A DNA stretch of 64,000 nt from Planctomycetota bacterium. Lineage in GTDB: Bacteria; Planctomycetota; UBA1135; UBA2386. The stretch spans positions 6,304,001 to 6,368,000 of the forward strand of contig OZ245006.1 in the NCBI GenBank assembly GCA_965223545.1. The letters run 5' to 3'. Positions 35,181-44,839 of this stretch are shown here, piece after piece. The notes beneath the pieces are model-generated. The model worked only from the letters and a program-made list of their open reading frames with translations. It ran no database searches and was not told where the DNA came from. Position 1 is the stretch's first letter. Every line of letters starts with the position of its first letter. Position numbers and translations under genes: made by a program.

Positions 35181-38100
35181 CTACCGATCGCGGTTCGGTT
35201 GCCGCCGCTTCTGAGGCGACAGCTCGCCAAACCACTCGCCCGGGCTCGATGGCCCCCCGTACCAGAAGTGCAGCAACATCTTCGTTCTGGGTTCTTCCGG
35301 GTCGACCGTCCCGATGATTACGTGGTCTTGTCGGCTGACCGCCAGAAACCGGGCGATCCCGGAGCCCGCGGCCAGGGGTGGCAGCGGCTGGCCGGACGCG
35401 CCATCAAAGATCGCCAATCGGCCGCGGCGACCCGCAGCAAAGACGCGGCTGCCGTCCACCGAAAACTTGGGAGACCGATACTCGTCTCGCGTTGCGCCCG
35501 CGTGGCGCCAGCGGACTCTGCCGGACTCGAAGTCCAGACATAGCAGCTCGGAGCCGAACCGCAGGCCGAACCGGACTGCGAGGTCGCGGCCATGCGGAGC
35601 GATGGCGGGTGCCCCCAGAAAGCCCTCGGAATCGAGAGTGACCTCCCGAACGAGCTCACCGGTCTCAACGTCAATCCAACACAGCCGTCCGTCGGTGGTC
35701 CCCGCGACCAGCCAGGCCCCATCGGGGGAGAACGCGGTGGTCACTCCGAATGGCCAGCGCGTCGTGCCGGTGGGCACTGCCCAGCGACGTTGGTTGGTCT
35801 GGACGTCCCACAATTCGACCGTTCCATCGTAGTCGCCGGTGGCGCAGTGTGGCAGGGTCGGGTGCATCGTCAGATGCCTCACGTGGTCGGTGTCCAGCAG
35901 GACCGAGAGCTCGAGGGACTCGGCATCGCGCACTTCGAGTTGGCCCTCCACCGGCGCGACCAGCAGGTTGTGGCCGTCGGGGGTGTAGATCGCGGCGATC
36001 GCGTCACCCTCACGGGGCGTTGATCGCAGCTTTCGACGCTCCTCGAGCCCCCAAATCTCCAGGTGCCCGGCGTTGGTCAGGGCGAACTCGGCGGCCGAGG
36101 GGCGGATGGCGACACCGAAGTACTCCCGCGCCTCCATCTGGGTCTCGACCCGCTGTCTCGGATCGTCCAGAGTCCAGAAGCTGGCGGCTCGCGAATGCGT
36201 CTCGACGACCCTTCGCTCTGGAAGAGAGAACAACCGCATATTGCCGGGCGGTGTGCCGGCCAGCACCTCGACGACTTTCCATGAGGTCACATCCAGCACC
36301 CGGGTCGACTGTGGCAAGGAGCTGACCAGCAGGGATCGGCCATCGCGGCTCCACGCGACTTGGGTCTCGCCAACCGCTTGCGGCAACACTCGCGGGGGCT
36401 GGGAGCCCTGCAGATCCCAAACGATCACCTTGCCGTCATGATCTCCGCTCGCCAACAGCGTTTCGTCGGGATGTAGCGAAAGCGCTTGGACCCAGTTTTG
36501 GTGTCCGGCCAGCTCCTCGGTGAGCCGGCCAGAAGCGACGTGATACACTCGAACCGCACTGCTTCTTGTGCCGTTGGCCCAGCTGTCGCCGCCACCCCAG
36601 TACAGGCGCTCGCCGTCACTCGACCACTGCACCGCGGTGCCAGGGCCGACCCGCTTCCCCAAGGTGCGCCGCCGGCGCAAACTCCGGGGGTCGACCAGGG
36701 CGAGTTCGCCATTGTGCAGGCTCACCGCCAACTGCTGTCGATTGGGAGACAGGGCGATGGCGTTGAGCCACGGATTCCAGCCGCTCGAGAGTTGACGCTC
36801 TCGCAGGACCGCCCCGCTCTGCAGGCCATGGACGCGCAGCCAGCCATCGCGACCGCCCAGGTACAACTCGTCGCGCTCGACATCAAATGCATGCGCACTC
36901 AGGTAGTCTTCGGGAGACGGAAACGCACAGACCAGGGCGCGTTGCGCGACGTCCCATATTTCGCATCGCTGTTCCGTGTGGTCCCCCCAGAGCAAGTAGC
37001 GGCCATCGGGCGATGCGACCGCGAAGGCCATATCGGTGGTGGGACGTAGCACGTCGGTGCGTGTATCCGAATTGCGCGCTAGGGCACGCCACTCCCAACC
37101 GCGCAGCTCTTCAGGGCAGCTGCGGAGGTGGCGCCGCGCGCCCTTGAGATCCCCGTTTTGTAGGGCGCTGGCAGCGAGTCCGACGTCGCTCGCGTACAGC
37201 TGCCACCGCGTTTGCCGAGCGCTCGCGGCGAGTTCGCTTGCCGCATGGTACTGCAGAGCGGCGCCCGCCACGAGGCTCGCCAAGACCAGCAAGGACGCGG
37301 CCGCGAGCATTCGGTTGCGAAGAACCCATTTGCGGACCTCGGCGAGCACCCCGGTCCGGTGAGCGCCCACCACCCTCCCCTCTAGCCACGCCCGCAAGTC
37401 GTCGGCGAGGGCGCGCATGTCCGGGTAGCGCGCGTTGGGATCGCGGGCCATCGCCTTCTCGGCGATCGCGATCAGCTCGAAGGGCGCGCCCGGGGCGGCC
37501 TTGCGGAGTGGTTCGGGGGGGCCGGACCGCACTTGGTCGACGGTGGTCTTCGGTGTGACTTGCGTCGTGGTCTGCGCTGAGTATGGCGCCCCGCCCGCAA
37601 GCAGGTGGTAGAGAATCGTCCCTGCGGAGTAGACGTCGGTGCGCGGGTCCGCGCCCGAGACTCTTCCGAAAGCCTGTTCGGGGGCCATGTAAGCTGGCGT
37701 GCCAATCACCTCTCCCGCCATCGTCAGCACCGCTGGCGTGGATTCGGCGTTGCCGGTCTCCGGAACGGTGCACGGCTCGCCGCGGGCGGCGGCACTCGCG
37801 GTGGCCGCCGGCGGGGCAGTGGGTTGACTCACGCGCTTGGCCAGGCCCCAATCCATGACGTAGGTCTCGCCGAACGGGCCAACCATGACGTTGGCTGGCT
37901 TGAGGTCGCGGTGCACGATGCCCTTTCTGTGGGCGTGCGCCACCGCTTCGCACACCCGATGCAGGACTCCGGCGAGGCGGGCCAGGGTCCACTCGGCCTC
38001 GTGAGGGCCGGGGCCGATCAGAGTGCCCAAGTGCCGGCCCTCGACGAACTGCATGGTGAAGAACACCACGCCCTGGGCTTCTCCGACGCTGTGCAAGGGC

Positions 38101-38510
38101 ACGACCGCGGGATGAACGATGCTCGCCAGGGTCCGAGCTTCGTTTCGCAGCCGTTCTTGTCGCCGCACCCAGACTTCCGTTGCGCGCATGGCGCGGCCGC
38201 CGCGCGCGGTCTTCAGTGCCAGCTCGCGCTGCAGGCACTGGTCCCACACCTTGTAAACCACCCCCATCCCTCCCGCGCCGATCTTCCGTAGGACGCGATA
38301 GCCTCCGATGTGCTCGGGTAGAGGTGGTTCGTCGGGCCGGACCAACGCCCGGCGGCCCGCTTCAAAAGCGGCGTGGAGGTCGCGCAACCGCTCGGCGAGC
38401 TCGGGGTGCTCAGAGCACAGATCCTCGAGCCCGCCTGGACCGTTCGCTTGCAGGTGGGCCAGCAGCAACCGCTCGGCACGCTCATCGAGCGTCGAGCTGG
38501 AGGTCGTCAC
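35181..38510 (-). CDS. Hanks-type Ser/Thr kinase with TM helix and WD40 repeats
   Basis: GAGGMGVV, ALK, HRDLKPAN, DWGLAK, GTPAYMAPEQ; 'LRGWEW' linker; WD40 repeats. Confidence 0.95.
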   Translation of the reverse strand: MTTSSSTLDERAERLLLAHLQANGPGGLEDLCSEHPELAERLRDLHAAFEAGRRALVRPDEPPLPEHIGGYRVLRKIGAGGMGVVYKVWDQCLQRELALKTARGGRAMRATEVWVRRQERLRNEARTLASIVHPAVVPLHSVGEAQGVVFFTMQFVEGRHLGTLIGPGPHEAEWTLARLAGVLHRVCEAVAHAHRKGIVHRDLKPANVMVGPFGETYVMDWGLAKRVSQPTAPPAATASAAARGEPCTVPETGNAESTPAVLTMAGEVIGTPAYMAPEQAFGRVSGADPRTDVYSAGTILYHLLAGGAPYSAQTTTQVTPKTTVDQVRSGPPEPLRKAAPGAPFELIAIAEKAMARDPNARYPDMRALADDLRAWLEGRVVGAHRTGVLAEVRKWVLRNRMLAAASLLVLASLVAGAALQYHAASELAASARQTRWQLYASDVGLAASALQNGDLKGARRHLRSCPEELRGWEWRALARNSDTRTDVLRPTTDMAFAVASPDGRYLLWGDHTEQRCEIWDVAQRALVCAFPSPEDYLSAHAFDVERDELYLGGRDGWLRVHGLQSGAVLRERQLSSGWNPWLNAIALSPNRQQLAVSLHNGELALVDPRSLRRRRTLGKRVGPGTAVQWSSDGERLYWGGGDSWANGTRSSAVRVYHVASGRLTEELAGHQNWVQALSLHPDETLLASGDHDGKVIVWDLQGSQPPRVLPQAVGETQVAWSRDGRSLLVSSLPQSTRVLDVTSWKVVEVLAGTPPGNMRLFSLPERRVVETHSRAASFWTLDDPRQRVETQMEAREYFGVAIRPSAAEFALTNAGHLEIWGLEERRKLRSTPREGDAIAAIYTPDGHNLLVAPVEGQLEVRDAESLELSVLLDTDHVRHLTMHPTLPHCATGDYDGTVELWDVQTNQRRWAVPTGTTRWPFGVTTAFSPDGAWLVAGTTDGRLCWIDVETGELVREVTLDSEGFLGAPAIAPHGRDLAVRFGLRFGSELLCLDFESGRVRWRHAGATRDEYRSPKFSVDGSRVFAAGRRGRLAIFDGASGQPLPPLAAGSGIARFLAVSRQDHVIIGTVDPEEPRTKMLLHFWYGGPSSPGEWFGELSPQKRRQPNRDR

Positions 38511-38630
38511 CTCGCGTGCTCGGGCAGAAACATACGCTCAGGGTAACCGACAGACCGCTGGTCGTGTTGTCGAATGGCGTGCATCCAGTCTTCGCAGGTC
38601 CGCGACGCGTGGCTCTCCCGCCGTCGAGAA

Positions 38631-38654
38631 CCCGGAGTGGTTTACCACTCCGGG
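38631..38654 (-). terminator. Perfect 10-bp stem hairpin downstream of the large secreted protein gene
   Basis: cccggagtgg-ttta-ccactccggg; only a weak U-tract on the minus strand. Confidence 0.45.
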
Positions 38655-38689
38655 CCTCCAATGTTTGACACTGCGGGGTCCGCCGCGGC

Positions 38690-41600
38690 TCAGTTGAGAA
38701 TGCGAAGATGGTCTTCGCACACGAGTGCGTCGTCGGCGAACACTTGCACGGGAATCAGCGAGTTGGCAGCGATCTGGCCGGTGGCCAGTGCCGCTCGGAT
38801 CGCGGCGATCAGCTCTTGTCGATCGAATTTGACGGTCAGTTCGGGGATGCCATTGTTGTTCTCGTCGACCAAGCCGCTCGTGAACTCGCTCAGCGCGGTC
38901 ACGGGGCTCGCGCCGGCGATTCGCAGCTCGACGGAGTGGTCCTGGATCGGAAGTAGGAGGCCGAGGCTGTCACCTTCCATCCAGAGAGTCATCGTGCGTC
39001 CGAGAGACTTGCCCCGGTTCTTCTTCTGCATGCCTTTGGGCCCCACCCCGCGCGTGCCGCTGCCGCTGCGAACGCCGCCGCGGTTCGACTTCATGTTGAG
39101 GGTCCTTGGGTTGAGCACGCAGTCGATGGACGCGACGTTGTCCACCGTGACGGTCGTGGCGCAGGTCGACTGGTTGCCGAGGTTGTCGGCAACCAGTACG
39201 TAGATGACCATCGGGCCGTCGAGTCGGGCGGTAGTGTCGTAGCTCACGGTGAACGGAGACGCCGTCGAGATGCCGAGCGACTGAGACTCGACGAAGATCT
39301 CGATCGACGCCAGGTCCGGGTCGAGGGACTCTGCGGTGATCGGGATCGTGCCGCGCACCACCTCGCCTTCGGCCGGCGTGAGCAGTGCCTTGTCCGGCGC
39401 GGTGTTGTCGGTCTGAACGAGGATCGATGCGCTGGCTTGGTTGCCGGCCGCGTCCGTCGCGCTGACGGCCAGCACCAGGGGCCCATCCATCATGGCACTC
39501 GTATCGACCTGGCTCGACGTCATCGCCGTACCCTGTGGGAGCGGCAGGACGATCGAGCCGTCGACCGGGCTCGGAGCAGCGCCGGCGGCTGTCATGGTGA
39601 CCTCGATCACGCCACTGCCACTGTCGTTGGCAGTCGTATCGAACGCGATCAGGCCGGCGACCAACGAGCCGGCCGTCGGGTCGGTGATGACCAGGGACGG
39701 CTCGGTGTTGTCGACCAAGATCTGTTGTGTTCGGATCGCGGAGTTCCCGATTCCGTCGGTGGCAACCACCGAAAGCGTGTGTATGCCATCGGCGAGCAAG
39801 GTACTGTCGATCCGCGACTCGTACGGCGCCCCGGTCAGCGTCTCGATGGTGCTGCCATCGACCTGCAGTGCCACCGAAGCCACGGCGGAACCCGGTAGTG
39901 GGTCGACTACGCTGGCGGCGAATTCGATGGTCCCGCGTACCGCAAGACCCGCGCTCGGTGAGTCGATGACGATGTTCGGTGGCGTCGAGTCGTAGATCAC
40001 CGCGACGGTGTCCGAGGAGCTGAGGCCGACCGTGTCGGTCGCCACCACCTGGATCGGGTTGGTGCCCTCGGACAGAGCGACCTCGCCGGCCAACGTGCCA
40101 CCGCCGGCGGGCAGGGTGCCGGTGACTCCGGTCGGCGTCGAACTCACCGCCGTCGAGGTCAGGTCGGCGACCGTGACCGCGACGTTGATCGATTCCGATC
40201 CTGGGCCGAAAATCGCGCCGTCGAGCGGTGCGTCGATCGTGACGTTGGGGGCTGACGTGTCGTAGATCAGAGTGCGTTGAAGGGTTGCGGCATTGCCTAC
40301 GGCATCCACTGCATCGACCTGCACTACATTGACTCCTGGGGTCAGCGCGACGTTGCCGGTGGCGGTGCCTCCGCCGGCATTCAGCGCGATTGTGTTGGCG
40401 CCGAAGGTCACTGTCGTCGCAGTGAGGTCGGTGATAGAGATCACGAACCCCGCGTCCGGACTGCCGTAGATCGAGCCCTCGGCCGGCGAGTCAATGGTGA
40501 TCGAGGGTGCGATGCTGTCTCGCACCACATCCACCGAGCTGCCGCCGACGTTGCCCTCGGCATCGATCGCCGAAACGACCAGTTGGTTGAGACCCTCGGC
40601 CAGAGGTAAGGTGCCGCTGACAGACCCTCCGCCAGCAGGCAAGGAGGCCATGATGCCGCTGGGCACCGAGGTCACATCGGTGGTGCTCTCGTCCACCACG
40701 GTGGCCTGTAGGAGGATGTCCGGAGCCGCGGTGAGGGTCGCGAAAGTCGGCGCCGTGATCGTCACGTCCGGCGGAGTGGTATCAGGCGGGACCGCGGGAT
40801 CCGGCAGGTACACCCAGCTTTGGCGAGACGTGGGATAGTAGCCGGGAAAGTACTGGAGTCGTGTCACCAGGAGATCGCGGCTCTCGTCGAACGCCAAGCC
40901 CGGCATACCGGCCAAGAGCTCTCCCGCAGTCTGCGACGAAGGAGGGAGGGTCGCTGGCGAGACTGTGCGCCACGCGTGCTGACCGGTTGCCGCATCCAGC
41001 GCGAACTCCCAATGTTCGAAGCCAAACTTGTTGGAGCCGAGATGGACAGTCGAAACCAGCATCGCTCGATCGCGGTGGGCATCCCACGCCATCCAAGCGG
41101 ATCTTTGTGTGGAGCGAGGGTTCGGGCCGGCACTGGTGATCGGGGCCGGAGTCAGTAGCTGGCGCCAACCACCGGCTTCGGTCCACTGCCAGGTGTCGTT
41201 GTACTCGAAGCCACCGGAGTGACCTCCATAAAGCAAGACTCTGTCGCGCGTCGAGTCATAGCAAATGGAGGGGTGAGAGCGATTGCCCGGTCGTGTCGAT
41301 GCGGGGTAGGTCGACCAGCTGTTTCCGTCCCACAGGAAGGTGTCGCTTCTATGTCCTCCGCCATCGTGTCCGCCGAACACCAGGACTCTGCCTTGGCCGG
41401 CGTAGCTAAGGCCGGCGTGCTCTCGGGGCGGCCCGTTACCGACCTGGGTCCAAGAGGCGCCGTTCCACTCCCACGTCAGCCCGGTGCCGGAGCCTACGTT
41501 GGGCTGGTACCCCACGGTCACTCCGCGCTGCTCATCGAACGCGAGCCAGGCGTAGGGGGGGCCGCTGCTTGCGCGATGGGCCCAAGTCGATCCGCCGAAG

Positions 41601-41797
41601 ACCCTGGTGCCCTGGTCGACCGCCACGACTTCTTGCCGCACCGAGTCGTAAGTGAAAGACCCCCGGGTGTTGATCGGGTAGAGCGACGTGTCGCGCCGCT
41701 CCCATCGATTGGTCTGGGCGATCGCGAGCGAGGGGACAGCGAGAAAAAGGGCCAGAGCGATGACCCCCCTCCCCGAAGAACAAGCAGGAAACGCCAT
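38690..41797 (-). CDS. Large secreted protein: Kelch-like propeller plus about six bacterial Ig-like repeats
   Basis: Signal peptide; 'TWEWNG', 'VFGG', 'LYGG' Kelch-like motifs; six 'D[TSN]xxP' repeats; GGAG before ATG 41797. Confidence 0.8.
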   Translation of the reverse strand: MAFPACSSGRGVIALALFLAVPSLAIAQTNRWERRDTSLYPINTRGSFTYDSVRQEVVAVDQGTRVFGGSTWAHRASSGPPYAWLAFDEQRGVTVGYQPNVGSGTGLTWEWNGASWTQVGNGPPREHAGLSYAGQGRVLVFGGHDGGGHRSDTFLWDGNSWSTYPASTRPGNRSHPSICYDSTRDRVLLYGGHSGGFEYNDTWQWTEAGGWRQLLTPAPITSAGPNPRSTQRSAWMAWDAHRDRAMLVSTVHLGSNKFGFEHWEFALDAATGQHAWRTVSPATLPPSSQTAGELLAGMPGLAFDESRDLLVTRLQYFPGYYPTSRQSWVYLPDPAVPPDTTPPDVTITAPTFATLTAAPDILLQATVVDESTTDVTSVPSGIMASLPAGGGSVSGTLPLAEGLNQLVVSAIDAEGNVGGSSVDVVRDSIAPSITIDSPAEGSIYGSPDAGFVISITDLTATTVTFGANTIALNAGGGTATGNVALTPGVNVVQVDAVDAVGNAATLQRTLIYDTSAPNVTIDAPLDGAIFGPGSESINVAVTVADLTSTAVSSTPTGVTGTLPAGGGTLAGEVALSEGTNPIQVVATDTVGLSSSDTVAVIYDSTPPNIVIDSPSAGLAVRGTIEFAASVVDPLPGSAVASVALQVDGSTIETLTGAPYESRIDSTLLADGIHTLSVVATDGIGNSAIRTQQILVDNTEPSLVITDPTAGSLVAGLIAFDTTANDSGSGVIEVTMTAAGAAPSPVDGSIVLPLPQGTAMTSSQVDTSAMMDGPLVLAVSATDAAGNQASASILVQTDNTAPDKALLTPAEGEVVRGTIPITAESLDPDLASIEIFVESQSLGISTASPFTVSYDTTARLDGPMVIYVLVADNLGNQSTCATTVTVDNVASIDCVLNPRTLNMKSNRGGVRSGSGTRGVGPKGMQKKNRGKSLGRTMTLWMEGDSLGLLLPIQDHSVELRIAGASPVTALSEFTSGLVDENNNGIPELTVKFDRQELIAAIRAALATGQIAANSLIPVQVFADDALVCEDHLRILN

Positions 41798-41886
41798 GGA
41801 GAGCTCCATCGTGGTCGGAAACGAGGTGGTGCCTGCCCGGAGCAGGCTAGTCACACCACATGCAGCGATTCGGCGCTGGGCGATCT

Positions 41887-42130
41887 GTCAGGGTTCTGCC
41901 AAGAACCTGACTCTTGGGCACTCGGCTCCGCCAATCGCTCCAAGAGGAGGGCCACGGCGGGAGCGTGTATGAACACGCCGCGGTCGGCAGCTACGGTGGC
42001 TCGGCATGGAACAACCGAAGGCGAAGTCGCTGCCCGCCGAACTCGAAGCCGTTCGGCGCGTGTCGAGCACGACGCCACGAACGCGATCGAAGTCGCGTTG
42101 AACTACACGGTGGCGGCGCTGCGCTCGACC
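41887..42130. repeat. String of intergenic hairpin modules at the right edge of island 2
   Basis: gtcagggttct/agaacctgac, gcgtgt/acacgc, cgccgaac/gttcggcg, gtcgagc/gctcgac enclosing aacgcga/tcgcgtt. Confidence 0.5.
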
Positions 42131-42151
42131 GGGCTATGTGATCGGAGAACC

Positions 42152-42340
42152 CTACCCCGACACCTTCCACTTGCGCTTCTCGAGGTCGGCGCTGAAGCGG
42201 CGTTGGTCTTCCTTGCTGAACATCCGGACCGGCGCGCCGCAGGAGATGCAGTACGAGTGGTTCACGCTCATCAAGTAGCGGACGTAGTCGTTGCACTGCG
42301 CGCACCACTTCTTCTCGTGATAAAAGTCTCGGTTGTCCAT
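42152..42340 (-). CDS. Small 62-aa zinc-ribbon protein
   Basis: MDNRDFYHEKKWCAQC...YCISCG (two CxxC); GGAGAG RBS upstream; host codon usage. Confidence 0.7.
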   Translation of the reverse strand: MDNRDFYHEKKWCAQCNDYVRYLMSVNHSYCISCGAPVRMFSKEDQRRFSADLEKRKWKVSG

Positions 42341-42658
42341 TGAAGCTCTCCAGGTTCGGTTCCGCGCCAGCGTGGAGTCGGGCGTCCCGTGCCGGCCGGA
42401 GAGCATCAGAGCAACTCGCTTGCCAACCTCGCTCGGGCGGTTGCGAATTGGTCGTAGATCCCGGTGGGAGCGCGAGTTGCGTGTCTCCCCGCCGGGCTTG
42501 CGGAGACCTGATCTCGGCGTTGTGCGCGATGGACGCTGGCGCCTTGTCGACGGCGCCGTCGGCCGGCCGCGGGCTCCTTGTTCCCATGGTGTCGGATGCG
42601 TGAACGCGAGGGTGTGCGGATACGACACGTTGTGGTGGTGCAACACCGCTACCGGGCG

Positions 42659-43813
42659 TCAGCGAGCGTGGCGCGGCGGCGGCGCATCGTCGGCCGCGGC
42701 GCCGTCGATCGCGCGCTGCAGTTCGCCGCGCACGGCTGGGTCCGGTTCGCGCTCGAGGGCGGTGTGCAGCGCGCGCGCGCCGGGGTCGACGCGACCCAGT
42801 GCCCAGGCGGCGTGGCCGCGGACCACGGGGTCGGCGTCGGCCAGGGCGTTGGCCAGCGCCTCGGCCGCTCCGTCGGGACGCAGGTTGCCGAGCACGACCG
42901 CGGCGTTGCGCCGCAGCCCGCTGCGAGTCGCGCGCCGCATCGCCGTGCCCACCCAGTCCCGCTGGTATTCGTCTTCAGAGAGGGCGAGCACGTCGAGCAG
43001 GGCGTAGTCCTCGACCACGGCGTGCGGCCGTAGATCCGCTGGCGGCGTCGAAGACGGCTGCGCCGCGCGCCCCTTGCTGGTGAACGGGCACACCTCCAAG
43101 CAGATGTCGCAGCCGAACAGCCACTCGGCCTGCGCCGCCCTCAGCGGCTCGGGGATCGCTCCGCGCAGCTCGATGGTGGTGTAGCTGAGGCACTGCCGGG
43201 CGTCGACCTCGAACGGTGCGACGATGGCGCCCGTCGGGCAGGCGTCGAGACAGCGCGTGCAGGTGCCGCAGCTGCCCGCCGCGGGTGGGTCCGGCTCCAG
43301 CGCGAGCGGGGTGAGCAGCTCGGCGAGCAGCAAGTAGGGGCCATGGGTGGGCGAGATCACGCCGCTGCTCTTCGCCAGAAAGCCGATCCCGGCCCGTGCG
43401 GCGAGCGCCCGCTCGAGGACCGGCACCGCGTCGGTGCCCGCCTTGATCGTGCCGAGCGGCACGCCCTCCCGCTCCAGGGCGGTCCGCAGCCGCCGGGCGG
43501 CGCCGCCCAGCGAGCGGTGGTAGTCACGGCCCCGCGCGTAGCGTGCGATCCGGGCCCCGCCCGCCAGCTCCGCCGGCGGACCGCCGTAGTCGCGCGCCAG
43601 CGCGATCGCGCTGCGCGCCCCTGGCGCAAACGCCCGCGGATCGACGATGCGGTCCCGGTTGCGCCGCAGGTAGTCCATCTCGCCGTGCCGGCCCGCCTCG
43701 AGCCACCTGGCAAAGCGCGCGCTGTCCTCGCCCACCTCCGCGGGCCCAAAGCGCACTAGGTCAAACCCGAGGTCCGCCGCCATCGCGCGGACCTTCGCCG
43801 GAGACAGCCCCAT
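42659..43813 (-). CDS. queG: Epoxyqueuosine reductase
   Basis: 'YARGRDYH', 'PVLER', CGTCTRCLDACP, 'FGCDICLEVCP', 'RRNAAVVLGN', HEAT repeats. Confidence 0.95.
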   Translation of the reverse strand: MGLSPAKVRAMAADLGFDLVRFGPAEVGEDSARFARWLEAGRHGEMDYLRRNRDRIVDPRAFAPGARSAIALARDYGGPPAELAGGARIARYARGRDYHRSLGGAARRLRTALEREGVPLGTIKAGTDAVPVLERALAARAGIGFLAKSSGVISPTHGPYLLLAELLTPLALEPDPPAAGSCGTCTRCLDACPTGAIVAPFEVDARQCLSYTTIELRGAIPEPLRAAQAEWLFGCDICLEVCPFTSKGRAAQPSSTPPADLRPHAVVEDYALLDVLALSEDEYQRDWVGTAMRRATRSGLRRNAAVVLGNLRPDGAAEALANALADADPVVRGHAAWALGRVDPGARALHTALEREPDPAVRGELQRAIDGAAADDAPPPRHAR

Positions 43814-43822
43814 CCCCCGAAA

Positions 43823-43854
43823 GTACGGAGTCCCGCTCGATTTTCTCGCTTCGC
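43823..43854 (-). promoter_or_regulatory. Second copy of the 32-bp motif, just upstream of queG
   Basis: Reverse complement reads GCGAAGCGAGAAAATCGAGC-gg-GACTCCGTAC. Confidence 0.55.
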
Positions 43855-44049
43855 CCGCGGCCCACGTCGCGCCCGCCCCCGCGGTGCCCGCCAACCCCGT
43901 CGATACGGGAAATTCGCGGCACAATGGGGTTTCACGGCGCCGATGACCCCGCGGCTGACAGCAGCGGAGGGGTTACTACCGGTGGAACCCCAGCTATGGC
44001 AACATGGTGCCCTGGCCGGCCCCGGTGGCCGGCACGGGTCCCTTCCCCG

Positions 44050-44823
44050 ATGCAGACCCTTCCGTCCACCACCGCCAGCGACCCCGCCCTCTGCGCGCGG
44101 CTGGAGGGGGTCTGGGAGCGCACCGGGCATCCCCGCCTGCGCTGGGTCCTCGACTCGGTCGCCGCGCTGGGGGACGACGAGTGGACCGACTGGGTCTCGA
44201 CCGCGCTGATGGCGTGCTACAAGGAGACCGGGGACGCTCAGGCGTTCGCCCTGTTGTTCGAGCGCAACCGGGCGTCGTTCACGCACGCGATTCTGTCCAA
44301 GGTGCGCCGCTGTGGTGCACAGGTGGACGCCGGCGACGTGTTGCAGGAGGTGTTCCTCAACATCTACCGCTACCCGCACCGGTTCTTGCCCGAGAAGGCG
44401 GACGCGTTCCGCAACTGGGGCCACCGGATCGTCCGCAACACCCTGCTCAAGTTCCTCAAGGGCCAATCCCGGGTTGGCCGGTTCGCCTCGCTCGACGACG
44501 AAGCCGGCGATCGCGAGGACCCGAAGTCCCGTTCCCCCTACCTGTCGGCGCAGCAGGCGGAGTCCGCCGGCATCGTCGACCGGGCATATCTCATCTATCT
44601 GCACCTGTATCTGCAGCACTTCAACAGGCTGTCGGCAAAGGAGCAGCGCGCGCTCACCATGGTCGAAGTCCACGGGGCTTCCTACAAGGAGACCGCCGCC
44701 GCGCTCGGCATCCGGCTCGAGAACCTCAAGATGGTGATCTTTCGCGGCCGTCGAAAGATCTTCCGGGGTCTGAGTCGAACGCTGGATCAGCTCAACGCCG
44801 CCCTTCCGTCAGCCAACAACTAG
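44050..44823 (+). CDS. ECF sigma-70 factor
   Basis: 'DAGDVLQEVF', 'FRNWGHRIVRN', 'SYKETAAALGI...KMVIFRGR'; start uncertain. Confidence 0.85.
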   Translation: MQTLPSTTASDPALCARLEGVWERTGHPRLRWVLDSVAALGDDEWTDWVSTALMACYKETGDAQAFALLFERNRASFTHAILSKVRRCGAQVDAGDVLQEVFLNIYRYPHRFLPEKADAFRNWGHRIVRNTLLKFLKGQSRVGRFASLDDEAGDREDPKSRSPYLSAQQAESAGIVDRAYLIYLHLYLQHFNRLSAKEQRALTMVEVHGASYKETAAALGIRLENLKMVIFRGRRKIFRGLSRTLDQLNAALPSANN

Positions 44824-44839
44824 TCCTCGGTCTGTCTCG

